DNA of 60,495 nt, the filler included. It is 4 parts of 4 records of this genome, joined end to end, with 100 filler letters (N's around TTAATTAATTAA, not from the genome) between each part and the next. Parts side by side here need not be neighbours in the genome. Positions count along the whole stretch, not along the records: positions 9,531 to 39,135 come from SRR2962707_696; 3 more parts are not named here. The stretch is one strand, 5' to 3'. Positions within the stretch are counted from its first letter, which is position 1; each line of letters begins with the position of its first letter. Position numbers and translations under genes: made by a program. The notes below the pieces were generated by a model that worked only from the letters and a program-made list of their open reading frames with translations, had not been told where the DNA came from and made no database searches. This document shows positions 27,641 through 38,184 of the stretch, in pieces.

Positions 27641-30295
27641 ATGGAGCCACCAAAGTGGATCATCAGGTTGATTAATTTTTATTGTCCACCGCAGCTTGTT
27701 GAAAGCATCGTCGGAGACATCTGGGAACAATACCTGAAAGACAAAGAGCGCTTTTCAAGAATCAAATCGAACCGGAGGCTGCTATGGAATGCATTTCGGT
27801 TTTTCAGACTTGGAATTCTATTACGAAACTCAAAAACTCAATTAATAAATAAGGCTATGTTACGAATCAATTTACTACTGGCATTGCGCAATATGCGCAA
27901 ATACAAGTTTTACTCCCTTATCAATGTGTTGGGACTTGCACTCAGCATCATGTTTGGTCTGCTGGTCTTTTTCTATGTACAAAATGCTATCCAACATGAT
28001 TCATTCCATCATGAGTATGAGTCAATCTTCCGTTTTACAAAAGAGAAAATAAACCGAGAAACGAATGAGGTCGAATCCAAAAGTGTAACTACAAGTAATA
28101 AGCTCGCCATTGATTTTGAAAATGAGATTCCTTCCATCCAATACATTACACGTCTTTTGTCTGGCTCTGGCTATGTAAGGAAAGGATCAGAAACTTTCAC
28201 CGAAAGGATCACACTTGTGGATCCAGACTTCTTCCAAATGTTTTCATTCCCAATCATTGAAGGAAATGAGGAACGCCCTCTCACCAACATTTCACAAGTC
28301 GTAATGAGTCCCAAAATGGCAGATAAATACTTCGGCTCTTCTAATCCCATCGGTGAGGAAATAAATCTAATTGTGGGTAATAATGAATACACTTTTGTGG
28401 TCTCAGCTGTTGCAGATCCTATTGAAGACTTGAGTAGCATCCCCTTTGATTTAGCTATCCACATGGATCACATTGATAACCTCATTACAGACAAGTCCTT
28501 TCTAAATAATTATGATGTTTCATATCTGGAAACGTACATAAAATTTGACCCGAAAGAGAACATAAAGGCACTTGAAGAACTACTTACAGAGACCTATGAA
28601 AGAGTGGCCAATATAGGACCCGAAGAAGATCGTATAGAAATCAAGCTCCAGCCTGTGAGTTCATTATACTGGCTGAGCAATGAATATGATGGTGATGGTG
28701 AAGCCAAAACCTACAATCCCGATTATGTCTATATTCTAATTGGGCTTTGCCTGTTAGTGTTGGTCATCGCCGTACTTAATTTCATAATGCTCACCAGTAG
28801 CCAATCGCTCAATAGGATAAAGGAATTTGGTATTCGGAAAACCATGGGTGCCCACAAAAGGCAACTCTCCTCGCAGCTATTTCTGGAAGTATTGATTTTA
28901 GCAACTATTGCGACACTTGTGGCACTCGTGGCTACTTACCACTTCATCCCTACGTTCAACCAACTGACAAACGGCACGCTCGCTTTCAGGTTAAGTGCTG
29001 AGCTTATTGGCTTTATACTTATTCTCATTGGTACAGTTTCCATCATATCGAGTGGCATATCTTCTGAAGTCATACTGAGACTAAAAACAACTAATGCACT
29101 TAAAGGGACACTTTCTGTGGGTGGCAGCAGCCTCACCAGAAATGTAATGGTAGTTATTCAGTTTACTTTCTGTGTAGCACTGATCATTGGGACAATCGCT
29201 TTTAAAAGTCAGATGAACTTTGTGACGAATAAATCGCTAGGTTTTGATAAAACGCAACTGGTAGAGGTCGAGCTTCCAAGTAATGCTGATGAAGAAAATG
29301 CAGCCAAGGCGTACGATCTATTTAAAAATGAGCTGGGCAAAAGTACGGATATCATCAGTACGGCAGCAACCATGACTACCCTCTCCGTTCGCTGGACGAC
29401 TTTTCGCTTCGAACAGGAGGATGAATCATTGCTAAGTGCAAACTTCAACCTGGTGACACCAGAATACCTTGAAACCATGGGCATGGAATTGGTTGCCGGT
29501 CGGGATTTTAGGGCTGATGACAATGGTAAAGCAATCATTGTCAACGAAGCACTAGTAAATAAAATGGGATGGGAAAACTCCATTGGCAAGCAGATTCCGG
29601 GCAAAGATTTCAAAAGAAGCCATGAAGTTATTGGTGTGGTAAAAGATTTTAACTTCAACTCACTTCATAACGAAGTAGCTCCGCTGATTTTAGCTACCGA
29701 CATTGATTACATCTGGGAAGGAGTATCTGGAATATCTGCCTACGTATGGCCTCCTCAACTCCTTACCGTGATGATCAAAGTAGCTCCCGGAAATGCAGCC
29801 AGTACAGCAGATGCTGTCGAAGAAGCATGGAAAACTACGCTCGGGGATTTACCCTTTGAAATGAAATATGTCAATGATATCCTGAATGATAAATACAAAG
29901 AAGAAAAGCGATACAGTTCCATTATTAACTACGCTGCAGGCTTTTCACTTTTCATCGCGTGGCTGGGTTTGCTCGCATTAACCAGGCTGGTCATCCAAAA
30001 ACGATTTAAAGAGATGGGGATTCGAAAAGTCCTTGGCTCCTCCTCCATAAACATCATTTTCCTTGTGGCTAGAAAATTTCTGATACTCGTAGGTATTGCT
30101 ACGCTTGTTGCCTCCCCTATTTCATGGTGGTTGCTACATGATTGGTTAAATGATTTTGCTTATAAGATTAATTTAGGTGTTTGGATCTTCATTACCTCTG
30201 GCATGGCAGTACTGGCTGTGACATTTGTATCTATCACCATTCAGTCGCTAAAAATATCGAACATAAACCCATCAGAGGCCTTGAGAATGGAGTAA
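27641..30295 (+). CDS. MacB/FtsX-type ABC transporter permease
   Basis: Duplicated periplasmic plus TM architecture; RIKEFGIRKTMGA and RFKEMGIRKVLGS motifs; usual pairing with PadR. Confidence 0.92.
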   Translation: MEPPKWIIRLINFYCPPQLVESIVGDIWEQYLKDKERFSRIKSNRRLLWNAFRFFRLGILLRNSKTQLINKAMLRINLLLALRNMRKYKFYSLINVLGLALSIMFGLLVFFYVQNAIQHDSFHHEYESIFRFTKEKINRETNEVESKSVTTSNKLAIDFENEIPSIQYITRLLSGSGYVRKGSETFTERITLVDPDFFQMFSFPIIEGNEERPLTNISQVVMSPKMADKYFGSSNPIGEEINLIVGNNEYTFVVSAVADPIEDLSSIPFDLAIHMDHIDNLITDKSFLNNYDVSYLETYIKFDPKENIKALEELLTETYERVANIGPEEDRIEIKLQPVSSLYWLSNEYDGDGEAKTYNPDYVYILIGLCLLVLVIAVLNFIMLTSSQSLNRIKEFGIRKTMGAHKRQLSSQLFLEVLILATIATLVALVATYHFIPTFNQLTNGTLAFRLSAELIGFILILIGTVSIISSGISSEVILRLKTTNALKGTLSVGGSSLTRNVMVVIQFTFCVALIIGTIAFKSQMNFVTNKSLGFDKTQLVEVELPSNADEENAAKAYDLFKNELGKSTDIISTAATMTTLSVRWTTFRFEQEDESLLSANFNLVTPEYLETMGMELVAGRDFRADDNGKAIIVNEALVNKMGWENSIGKQIPGKDFKRSHEVIGVVKDFNFNSLHNEVAPLILATDIDYIWEGVSGISAYVWPPQLLTVMIKVAPGNAASTADAVEEAWKTTLGDLPFEMKYVNDILNDKYKEEKRYSSIINYAAGFSLFIAWLGLLALTRLVIQKRFKEMGIRKVLGSSSINIIFLVARKFLILVGIATLVASPISWWLLHDWLNDFAYKINLGVWIFITSGMAVLAVTFVSITIQSLKISNINPSEALRME

Positions 30296-30418
30296 CAAAC
30301 TTCTAACATCTAATTTCTTTCACTGACATTGTGGTGAACACCTTAATAAAATTTATTTACATGGATATAATCAACTTATATACTATTACTATAGGTTATA
30401 ACTTAGCCCATAAAATAT

Positions 30419-31743
30419 CTATTTATCCGAACCAAAGTAACTGGTAAACAAGGTTTCCAACTCTGAGATGAAATCCTCATAGTAGTTAGCTGCATCTTCA
30501 GAAGATCCGTCTTTAAATTCGAGATACACTACTATATTTTGCATTTCATCCTCGTCGATTACAATATCGGCAATCTTGAAATCATTGTATTTTACCTCCA
30601 AATCAAGCCAGGCATTTATTTGTGCTACAGTTGGGTCAGTGGTATTTAAAATTTCAGGAAGTCCATCCAAAAGATGAATAGATAGATCATTTGTGCTTAA
30701 CGCAAAAGATGCTTTAAGGAGATCCTGTTCCGTTAGATTCTGATAGTCACTACCATCCAGCTCCACCTCAGCGTGAATTCCTGTCGAACAAACATCTGTG
30801 TCGTCGGAGAAATCCAGATCTAACGAAAACTCAGTTCCTGAAACATTATCAACAACTAGCGAAAGTGAATATGGATTCACGTATAAGCCTAAATCAATCG
30901 CTATTGGTATTTGAAAATCAGCATTATTTGCATACTCAACGCTATTCAAATCTATAGTTATTACATCTACCCCGTCTACACGGAGTGAAATATCAACAGA
31001 GGTAAGAATATTGGTTCCTCGCCAATTGTTACCTCAGTATCCGAATAATTTTCAATAACCAGTCTGGCATTATTTGTTGTTTCAACAGGACTGGATGGAA
31101 ATCGAATTTCAATTCGACTCTCCTGATCTTCTGTTCTCGTCCATGTCCCGTTAGAATGCTTGTATTTATACGTACCCTCAAATAAATCAATATCAAATCG
31201 ACTTTCATCCGTTTGAGGTACAACCTCGGATAACCCATCAATTAAACCTTCCACCCATTCCAAATTCGCTGTATCACCCTCAGAAATACCCATAAAATCG
31301 GTTAACACCGTTTCTATGGCCAATCCATTTTCAAAAGTCATAATACAATCCAAAGTAGCATCCAGAGCCGCTTGTATATTCGCTTTATCCTGGGTTACTG
31401 TAGTAGGTACATCGTCACAAACATCTCCAATTCCGTCTTCATCTGAATCTAATTGATCGGGGTTTTCAGTTTCAGGGCAATTGTCCTCATCGTCAGGAAT
31501 GCCATCTCCATCCGCATCTTCTTCGCAAACATCTCCAATTCCATCCCCATCACTATCTGCTTGATCCGGATTACTTACAAGAGGACAGTTATCATCCTCA
31601 TCTACAATTCCATCTTCATCTGTATCTGGTAATGGCTCTTCATCTTTAGAACATGAGACAAAAATGATGAGCGTCAAAAAAGTGGCAATAAGAAATGTAA
31701 ACTTCAATACTTGTTGAGCTGATTGGGTGATTTGTTTTTTCAT
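30419..31743 (-). pseudogene. Thrombospondin type-3 repeat lipoprotein split by a frameshift near 31000 (pseudogene or assembly error)
   Basis: Lipobox IFVSC and D.D.DG...DNCP...NPDQ repeats; the downstream ORF frame is open back across the upstream stop and reads ...[24 protein letters not shown]. Confidence 0.75.
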
Positions 31744-31902
31744 GATTATGACTATTTAGCGGTAGTAGCTTGATATATAGCTATTTAGATGATAAAGTTC
31801 GCGAAAAAATATAAAAAATTGCATTAATTAAGGTTTTTTTTGTGCTCATTCAATCTCGTAGAAAAAACAAATTGCATTCCAAATAAGTATCTTTCTGTCC
31901 TA

Positions 31903-32535
31903 ATGACAAATCATAGAGCATTTGAAATAATTGCCGTGGTAGTTACTGCAATGGGTAAATTCCTATTTTACGACATTCTAAATCAACGTTTGATTTTCAT
32001 TGCTCTCATGTTTGCTTTCTGGAGTGCCTATGTTACTTACCGTGTTCGTCACACCCCGGATATATTAAGAACATGGGGGTTTAGGGTAGATAATTTTTCT
32101 AAGGTATTAAAACAAGTGGCTCCATTTGGTATCGTTGCTATTGTTGCTTGTTTTGTTATTGGTACATTTCAAGATACTATTAACCTTCACTGGCATATAC
32201 TCCCAATATTAATTCTATACCCATTATTTGGCACCCTTCAGCAATTCCTCTTAATGGCACTGGTTGCTGGAAATCTTAAAGCGTTAAACCGATTCCGACA
32301 TCATACTATTATTCTTAGCTCTTCAGTCTTATTTGGGTTATTGCATTATCCGCATTGGTGGTTGGTATTAGGTACATTTTTTTTAGCGCTATTCTACTCC
32401 TATATCTACCTGAGAGTTCGAAATCTATACGTGTTGGGTATTTTTCATGGATGGCTGGGTGGGATCTTCTACTACACTGTGGTGGATGAAGATCCGTTTA
32501 TCGAAGTTTTCGGACCAATATTAACTACCATTTAA
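31903..32535 (+). CDS. CPBP (Abi/CAAX-like) intramembrane protease family protein
   Basis: Multi-TM; LFGLLHYP and LGIFHGWLG motifs; QQ at the position of the usual EE; start moved to ATG 31903. Confidence 0.75.
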   Translation: MTNHRAFEIIAVVVTAMGKFLFYDILNQRLIFIALMFAFWSAYVTYRVRHTPDILRTWGFRVDNFSKVLKQVAPFGIVAIVACFVIGTFQDTINLHWHILPILILYPLFGTLQQFLLMALVAGNLKALNRFRHHTIILSSSVLFGLLHYPHWWLVLGTFFLALFYSYIYLRVRNLYVLGIFHGWLGGIFYYTVVDEDPFIEVFGPILTTI

Positions 32536-32706
32536 TTTTTTGGCTTAATAAGGGTGAGGGCATGTTAGGTTTTTATAATGGAAACCTAACTGTGAATAAA
32601 AGAGGACACATATTGATTATTCTTTGTGGAATCGCTCTTGCCATTCTGCTTATTATCATTTCTGTGAAAACGGAAGATTGGCGATCAGACCTTATTCCGA
32701 CCTCAC

Positions 32707-32741
32707 AAAAAAAGCCGAAGCAAAACACTCCGGCTCTCTTT
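32707..32741 (-). terminator. Probable terminator for the porin gene
   Basis: AAAAAAAGCCG...CGGCT hairpin with a T-run on the minus strand. Confidence 0.6.
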
Positions 32742-32758
32742 GATAGTTTATTGTAGTT

Positions 32759-33301
32759 TTACTTTCCTAGCTTAAAAAGCGTATACCCAACTGAAAGTTG
32801 AAACATTCTATTCTTTACATCCGATCCACCAGCAGCATCATTAATATCAGACAGTCCCAACACATATCTGGCAGTGAAATTCAATCCAAACGGAGCATCC
32901 CATCCTGCACCAAAAGCCGCAGAAAGGTCAGAACTTTTTAGCGCATCTTTTAAATCATTTCCAGCTTCATCTTCGGCATTTAATAAAATACCAAACTGAG
33001 GTCCTGCCTGTAGATTTAAGCCTCCCGCTAGGTACAGCTTAAGCATCACTGGCACGTTTACATAATTTAAATCTACACCATCAGACCCTTGCTTTGAGAA
33101 GAGAATTTCAGGCTGTATACCAATCTTGGTGAACTTAAACATTCCATAAGCACCACCGTGATAAGAAGTGATCGACTCTGCTCCGTCAATGTTTGTATTG
33201 GCAAAGTTGGCGCCTGCTTTAAGTCCCAATGAAACACTTGCCTGACTAAAAGCAACAACAGAAATAAGTACGAGAGATAATGTAAGTAAAGTCTTTTTCA
33301 T
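32759..33301 (-). CDS. Outer membrane beta-barrel / porin-family (PorT-like) protein
   Basis: Signal peptide; GLKAGAN, IQPEILFSKQG, LNLQAGPQFG, FQLSVGY. Confidence 0.88.
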   Translation of the reverse strand: MKKTLLTLSLVLISVVAFSQASVSLGLKAGANFANTNIDGAESITSYHGGAYGMFKFTKIGIQPEILFSKQGSDGVDLNYVNVPVMLKLYLAGGLNLQAGPQFGILLNAEDEAGNDLKDALKSSDLSAAFGAGWDAPFGLNFTARYVLGLSDINDAAGGSDVKNRMFQLSVGYTLFKLGK

Positions 33302-33361
33302 AATGTGTTTTGTTTTGTTGTTAGTAAAGAATATGGGATACTACACCCAAAATAAAGACAT

Positions 33362-33387
33362 AAAAAAAGGGTGTTTTACACCCTTTT
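33362..33387 (-). terminator. Terminator ending the nqr operon
   Basis: AAAAAAAGGGTGT-loop-ACACCCTTTT directly after nqrE. Confidence 0.85.
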
Positions 33388-33405
33388 AATTGATTTTTCT
33401 TTCGA

Positions 33406-34017
33406 TTACAGCGCTACTCCAATGAAGGACTTAAATGCAAGTCCCATCAAACCGGTTATAAGCATGGTAATTCCTAATCCTTTTAATCCATCCGGTACAT
33501 GAGAATACTTCAATCGCTCTCTGATAGCTGCGAGCGCAATGATTGCCAGGAAGAATCCTGTCCCTGATCCAAACCCGAAAGCCGTAGCTTCCACAATGGT
33601 ATAATCCCTCTGTACCATAAAAAGAGAGGATCCAAGGATTGAACAATTCACAGCGATCAAAGGAAGGAAGATTCCCAGAGAACCGTAAAGGGATGGAGAA
33701 AACTTTTCAATGACCATCTCAACTAACTGTACCATAGCTGCGATTACCGCAATAAAGATGATGAATTGAAGGAAGGTCAAGTCAATATTTGCGAAATCAG
33801 CTCCTAACCAGGATAATGCACCTTCTTTCAATACATTTTCCTGAATCAACCAGTTGATTGGCACAGTAATGGTCAAAACGAAGATTACAGCCATTCCCAA
33901 CCCGAAAGCTGTTTTTACTTTTTTCGACACAGCCAAGAATGAACACATACCTAAAAAGTATGCGAAGATCATGTTGTCAATGAAAATGGCCTTTATTGCT
34001 ATGTTAATTGCTTCCAT
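33406..34017 (-). CDS. nqrE: Na(+)-translocating NADH:quinone reductase subunit E
   Basis: [11 protein letters not shown] and [11 protein letters not shown] motifs. Confidence 0.95.
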   Translation of the reverse strand: MEAINIAIKAIFIDNMIFAYFLGMCSFLAVSKKVKTAFGLGMAVIFVLTITVPINWLIQENVLKEGALSWLGADFANIDLTFLQFIIFIAVIAAMVQLVEMVIEKFSPSLYGSLGIFLPLIAVNCSILGSSLFMVQRDYTIVEATAFGFGSGTGFFLAIIALAAIRERLKYSHVPDGLKGLGITMLITGLMGLAFKSFIGVAL

Positions 34018-34042
34018 AATTATTGTCTTTCTCGCACTAACA

Positions 34043-34756
34043 TTAGTGCTCTACGTAACCGTTTTTCGTTCTTTGAACCCAAATTATCACTCCCAGAATG
34101 ATGAATGCTCCAATGGAGTCAACCATCAATCCATTTGTCTGAAGAGAGGTTCCGAATAATCCACCCAATGAACCATATACATCAAATTCCAATGGAGTAC
34201 CTACGAATACCGTACCTCCACCCAGGAGCTCTCTAAAAAAAGCAACTACCAAGATGATCCACGCATATCCAAACCCACTTCCAAATCCATCCAGAATGGA
34301 ATCATATGGTTTGTTGGCCATCGCAAAAGCCTCAAGACGTCCCATTACAATACAGTTGGTAATAATCAAACCAACGTATGCTCCGAGCACCTTGTACATA
34401 TCGTAACTATATGCCTTCAGTACTTCACTAACCAACGTCACCAATGTGGCAATAATAGCCAGCTGAACAATGATCCTGATTCTGTTCGGAATCATCTTTC
34501 GCATCACTGAGGTGATCAAATTCGAAAATACAATCACGAATATCACCGCGATCGACATGATCATGGTCGGCTTGAATTGTACTGTTACCGCCAAAGCGGA
34601 ACAAATACCCAATACCTGAACAGTGATAGGGTTATCTTCATTCAACGGATCAGATACAATTCTCCTTCTCCGTTTTGAGAATAATGGTTCTGCAGGCTCG
34701 TTTGATTTGAGCTCTACAGCTGATTCTTCTGATACTTCTGCAATATCGGTACTCAT
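34043..34756 (-). CDS. nqrD: Na(+)-NQR subunit D
   Basis: [17 protein letters not shown] and [17 protein letters not shown] motifs. Confidence 0.95.
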   Translation of the reverse strand: MSTDIAEVSEESAVELKSNEPAEPLFSKRRRRIVSDPLNEDNPITVQVLGICSALAVTVQFKPTMIMSIAVIFVIVFSNLITSVMRKMIPNRIRIIVQLAIIATLVTLVSEVLKAYSYDMYKVLGAYVGLIITNCIVMGRLEAFAMANKPYDSILDGFGSGFGYAWIILVVAFFRELLGGGTVFVGTPLEFDVYGSLGGLFGTSLQTNGLMVDSIGAFIILGVIIWVQRTKNGYVEH

Positions 34757-35502
34757 AGACTAGCCGTTTTTTGAGATTTCTTTTTTTCAATGAATGCAGA
34801 ATAGCATTCTAAATATTTTTCAAGCATGGCATTCACACCTTTAGCTGTCATAGTAGCCCCGGAGAGCCCATCTACTTCATGTTCATCAAGGCCTGTGTTT
34901 CCTTCTCCCTTTACCATAGTGATGCTAACAAGTTCACCTTCATCGTTGTAGATCTCTTTACCTACGAATCGGTTTTGAACGGTGGCTTCTGTGATTCTGG
35001 CGCCAAGACCAGGTGTTTCACTTTTATGGTCAAAAGCAATTCCTTTTACTGTATTCAAGTCCGGTCCAAATGCCACGTAACTAGAAATCCAATCCCAAAG
35101 ACCAGCACCAAAAGTCGGGAAGATGTATGCGTCAACAGATTCTCCGTTTTCGCTAAACATGAATACAGGATAAAGGCGGTCCTGGGAATCCAGCTTATAA
35201 TTCTTTTGGATGTTTACTTTTTCAGCAACAATCGGATTACCTTTTTCGTCTTCTTTCACTTCGTTTCCATTGATATCCACAACTACTGATTGTACCTTCT
35301 GATCGTAGGTGCTTAGGATTTCATTTGGGTCCTGAATGCTGGAGATATCCATAACCGCACCCAATATCTTCTTCTTGGTATCCAGCTCTACCTGCTTGTC
35401 CTGCAATGGCTTCAGCCCTACTGAGGTAAGGGATAGCGCACCTCCAAATACCACCGTAAGCCCGATGGCAAATAGTATTACATATAAATTAGACTGTCGC
35501 AC
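34753..35502 (-). CDS. nqrC: Na(+)-NQR subunit C
   Basis: GAGLW, ETPGLGA and VDGLSGATMT (FMN attachment) motifs. Confidence 0.95.
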   Translation of the reverse strand: MRQSNLYVILFAIGLTVVFGGALSLTSVGLKPLQDKQVELDTKKKILGAVMDISSIQDPNEILSTYDQKVQSVVVDINGNEVKEDEKGNPIVAEKVNIQKNYKLDSQDRLYPVFMFSENGESVDAYIFPTFGAGLWDWISSYVAFGPDLNTVKGIAFDHKSETPGLGARITEATVQNRFVGKEIYNDEGELVSITMVKGEGNTGLDEHEVDGLSGATMTAKGVNAMLEKYLECYSAFIEKKKSQKTASL

Positions 35503-36679
35503 GTTTTAATCTTCGTTTTTTGTTTGCTTCTACTACGTAAAAATCAATAAGCGGAGCGAATACGTTCATAAACAGAATCGCCAACATGATGCCCTCTGGA
35601 TAAGCAGGGTTTATCACACGAATTAATACAGTGATTACTCCTATTAGAAATCCATATATCCATTTTCCTACTTCCGTATGTGAGGCACTTACAGGATCAG
35701 TTGCCATGAAAACAGCTCCAAACGCTAATCCACCAATTACCAGGTGATAATAAGCCGGCATCTCCATAAAACTGTTACCTCCTGTCAGGTTGAACAAACC
35801 TCCCATGGCCAATGTTCCAAGTACTACACTCAGCATAATTTTCCAGCTTCCAACACCCGTAGCGATAAGTATAAATGCGCCGATTAAGCACATAAGTGTT
35901 GAAGTTTCACCAATACTTCCTGGGATTACACCCAGAAACATATTCCAGAAATCAAACATTCCGGCATACCAGTGATTTCCGGCAAGCTCTAACATATTGG
36001 TTCCGTTCGCTGCTGCCTCTGCTCCATATGCTAAGATTGTTGCGCCAGAGAATCCGTCTACCGGAGTTTTATCACCAAAATATGTCCATACATCACCGGA
36101 AATGTCAGTGGGGTAAGCAAAGTACAAGAACACCCTGGCTGTCAATGCAACGTTAAGGATATTCATCCCTGTTCCTCCAAAAACCTCTTTTCCGATCACC
36201 ACTGCAAATACTGTTGCTAGTGCTACCTGCCAAAGTGGGATTGTTGCAGGCATTATTAATGGAATCAACATTCCTGTTACTAGAAATCCTTCTTCCACTG
36301 GGCGTTGATAGATTACACAGAAAGTAAATTCAGTCATCAAACCTACTCCGTAGGAAACGACAATAATCGGCACCACTTTTAGGATACCGATCCAGAATTT
36401 ATCAAGAATACCCGCTTCCACACCAGTGGCGATAAAATGCTGATGTCCAACGTTCCACATCCCGAAGATGAGGCATGGCAGCATAGCTATTATCACCGTC
36501 ATCATCACACGCTTTAAATCAGTAGCATCCTTAATCTGGGTGCCCTTTTTGCCTGTAATGATATCCGGAGCAAAAAAGATAGTTCTGTGACCCTCATAGA
36601 TAGGATAGAACTTTTCGAACTTCCCACCTTTTTCAAAAAGGGGCTTTAAATCATCAAATTTTTTCTGCAAAAACTTCAT
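35489..36679 (-). CDS. nqrB: Na(+)-NQR subunit B
   Basis: KEVFGGTGMN, DGFSGAT, GSIGETS and FMATDPVS motifs. Confidence 0.95.
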   Translation of the reverse strand: MKFLQKKFDDLKPLFEKGGKFEKFYPIYEGHRTIFFAPDIITGKKGTQIKDATDLKRVMMTVIIAMLPCLIFGMWNVGHQHFIATGVEAGILDKFWIGILKVVPIIVVSYGVGLMTEFTFCVIYQRPVEEGFLVTGMLIPLIMPATIPLWQVALATVFAVVIGKEVFGGTGMNILNVALTARVFLYFAYPTDISGDVWTYFGDKTPVDGFSGATILAYGAEAAANGTNMLELAGNHWYAGMFDFWNMFLGVIPGSIGETSTLMCLIGAFILIATGVGSWKIMLSVVLGTLAMGGLFNLTGGNSFMEMPAYYHLVIGGLAFGAVFMATDPVSASHTEVGKWIYGFLIGVITVLIRVINPAYPEGIMLAILFMNVFAPLIDFYVVEANKKRRLKRATV

Positions 36680-36685
36680 TCCTGC

Positions 36686-38044
36686 TTATCCTTCTTTAAT
36701 TAAATCAATTCCTTCTCGTAGAATCTCCTGAAGCGGATTCTTAGATACGTCTACAAACTCACACAAAGCCACATCCTCTTCAACTACTTCATATATACCA
36801 AGCGCCTCCATATCATCATAATCCTCCGCCATGATTGCTTTGAATAGATATGTTGGAAGTATGTCCATCGGCATCACATCCTCAAATGTGCCCGTCACCA
36901 CAAAATTTCTTTCTTCACCGTGAGTGTTTGTGTCTACTTTAAATTCTTTACTCTTTCCATTGAGGAATGTCAACATTCCAAAGGCTTTATGGAAGCTTAA
37001 TTTTTTTGTTGATGGCATGATCCACCCAAGAAATTCTTCCTGATTTCCTTCCGGAATTACTGTGATCTGGTTGTGATAATATCCCAGAAAGCCTTCCTGT
37101 CCTACACCTTCTCCGGTGAGTACATTACCCGAAATAAATCTATTGTCAGAACCTTCAACTGCCAGTTTATTAAGACAAGCTCCGGCATACATTTTTGCAT
37201 AGCCTCGTTCCTTCATTTGGGAACCAGTCAAAGCCACTAATCTTGACGTGTCGTAGACGCCTTCCAAAAAGAGTTTACCAATAAGAGCAACTCCAACCGG
37301 ATTTACCGTCCATACAATATCTCCCTTCGCAATTGGGTCGATGTGGTGAATTTGAACACCCACATTACCTGCCGGGTGAGGACCAGTAATTTTATTTAAC
37401 TGAACATTTTTTACTTGAGAGAACAACTGTGAAACTTCAGCTTTCCCGTCTACATTCAGATGCACAGTTCCGGTAGTGAATTTTTTCAAAATATCAATTC
37501 CAGCCTGGAAGTATTGCTCTTGCCCATTTAACACATAGGCATAATCCGGTGCTAACGGACTGGAATCAAAGGTGGAGATAAAAATTGCTTTCGGGGCATC
37601 ATTTGAATCTGCTACTATTCCGTAAGGTCTCTGAATAATGTTTGTCCAACCACCTGATTTTTTTAATTGCTCTAGCGCATCTTCTTTGGAGACACTACTG
37701 ATCTCAGAGGAAGAATAGGTTTTGAATTTTTCAAACTCTATTTCCTTGTCGGCAAGTATTTTAACTTCAAGCACCTTCCTTTTGGCTCCACGCTTGATTT
37801 CTACAACCTCCCCGCTTACAGGTGAAGTGTATAGAACATCCTCAACATTTCTTTCGAAAAAGAGAGGTGAACCGGCTTTCACATTATCTCCTTCTTTGAC
37901 CGTCACTTTTGGACGATTCAAACCACTAAAATCAGTCGGTTTTAGAGCGTAGATATCCGGCTGAGGTACATCTATTGTTTTATTTTCGGCCTTTCCGGCC
38001 AGGTTTAAGTCAAAACCTTTCTTCAGCTTAATTGTCTGAGACAT
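36686..38044 (-). CDS. nqrA: Na(+)-NQR subunit A
   Basis: MSQTIKLKKGFDLNLAG, GPHPAGNVGVQIHH, EEDVALCEFVDVSK; start moved to ATG 38044, with a TAAGTTTG -7 element at 38080-38087. Confidence 0.95.
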   Translation of the reverse strand: MSQTIKLKKGFDLNLAGKAENKTIDVPQPDIYALKPTDFSGLNRPKVTVKEGDNVKAGSPLFFERNVEDVLYTSPVSGEVVEIKRGAKRKVLEVKILADKEIEFEKFKTYSSSEISSVSKEDALEQLKKSGGWTNIIQRPYGIVADSNDAPKAIFISTFDSSPLAPDYAYVLNGQEQYFQAGIDILKKFTTGTVHLNVDGKAEVSQLFSQVKNVQLNKITGPHPAGNVGVQIHHIDPIAKGDIVWTVNPVGVALIGKLFLEGVYDTSRLVALTGSQMKERGYAKMYAGACLNKLAVEGSDNRFISGNVLTGEGVGQEGFLGYYHNQITVIPEGNQEEFLGWIMPSTKKLSFHKAFGMLTFLNGKSKEFKVDTNTHGEERNFVVTGTFEDVMPMDILPTYLFKAIMAEDYDDMEALGIYEVVEEDVALCEFVDVSKNPLQEILREGIDLIKEG

Positions 38045-38184
38045 ATTTCTTACTTGAGAGAACGTCTTAAAAAACGAGGCAAACTTAATCAATATCGGAT
38101 TTAACCCCCGTCAAATTTCCAATAAAAAAAGGGTTTATTCGCCTTTGAAGAAGAAACTGAATTTTATTCGTTTGGTTTGAATTA

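Noticed and set aside
31410-31630. Repeated DNA units resembling a repeat array
   Set aside because: They are coding thrombospondin type-3 repeats, not CRISPR or a mobile element; no CRISPR array, cas, transposase or integrase was seen anywhere in the window
32562-32756. 64-aa ORF with one hydrophobic segment
   Set aside because: No recognisable motif, and its 3' part runs through the porin terminator hairpin; may be a remnant and cannot be supported
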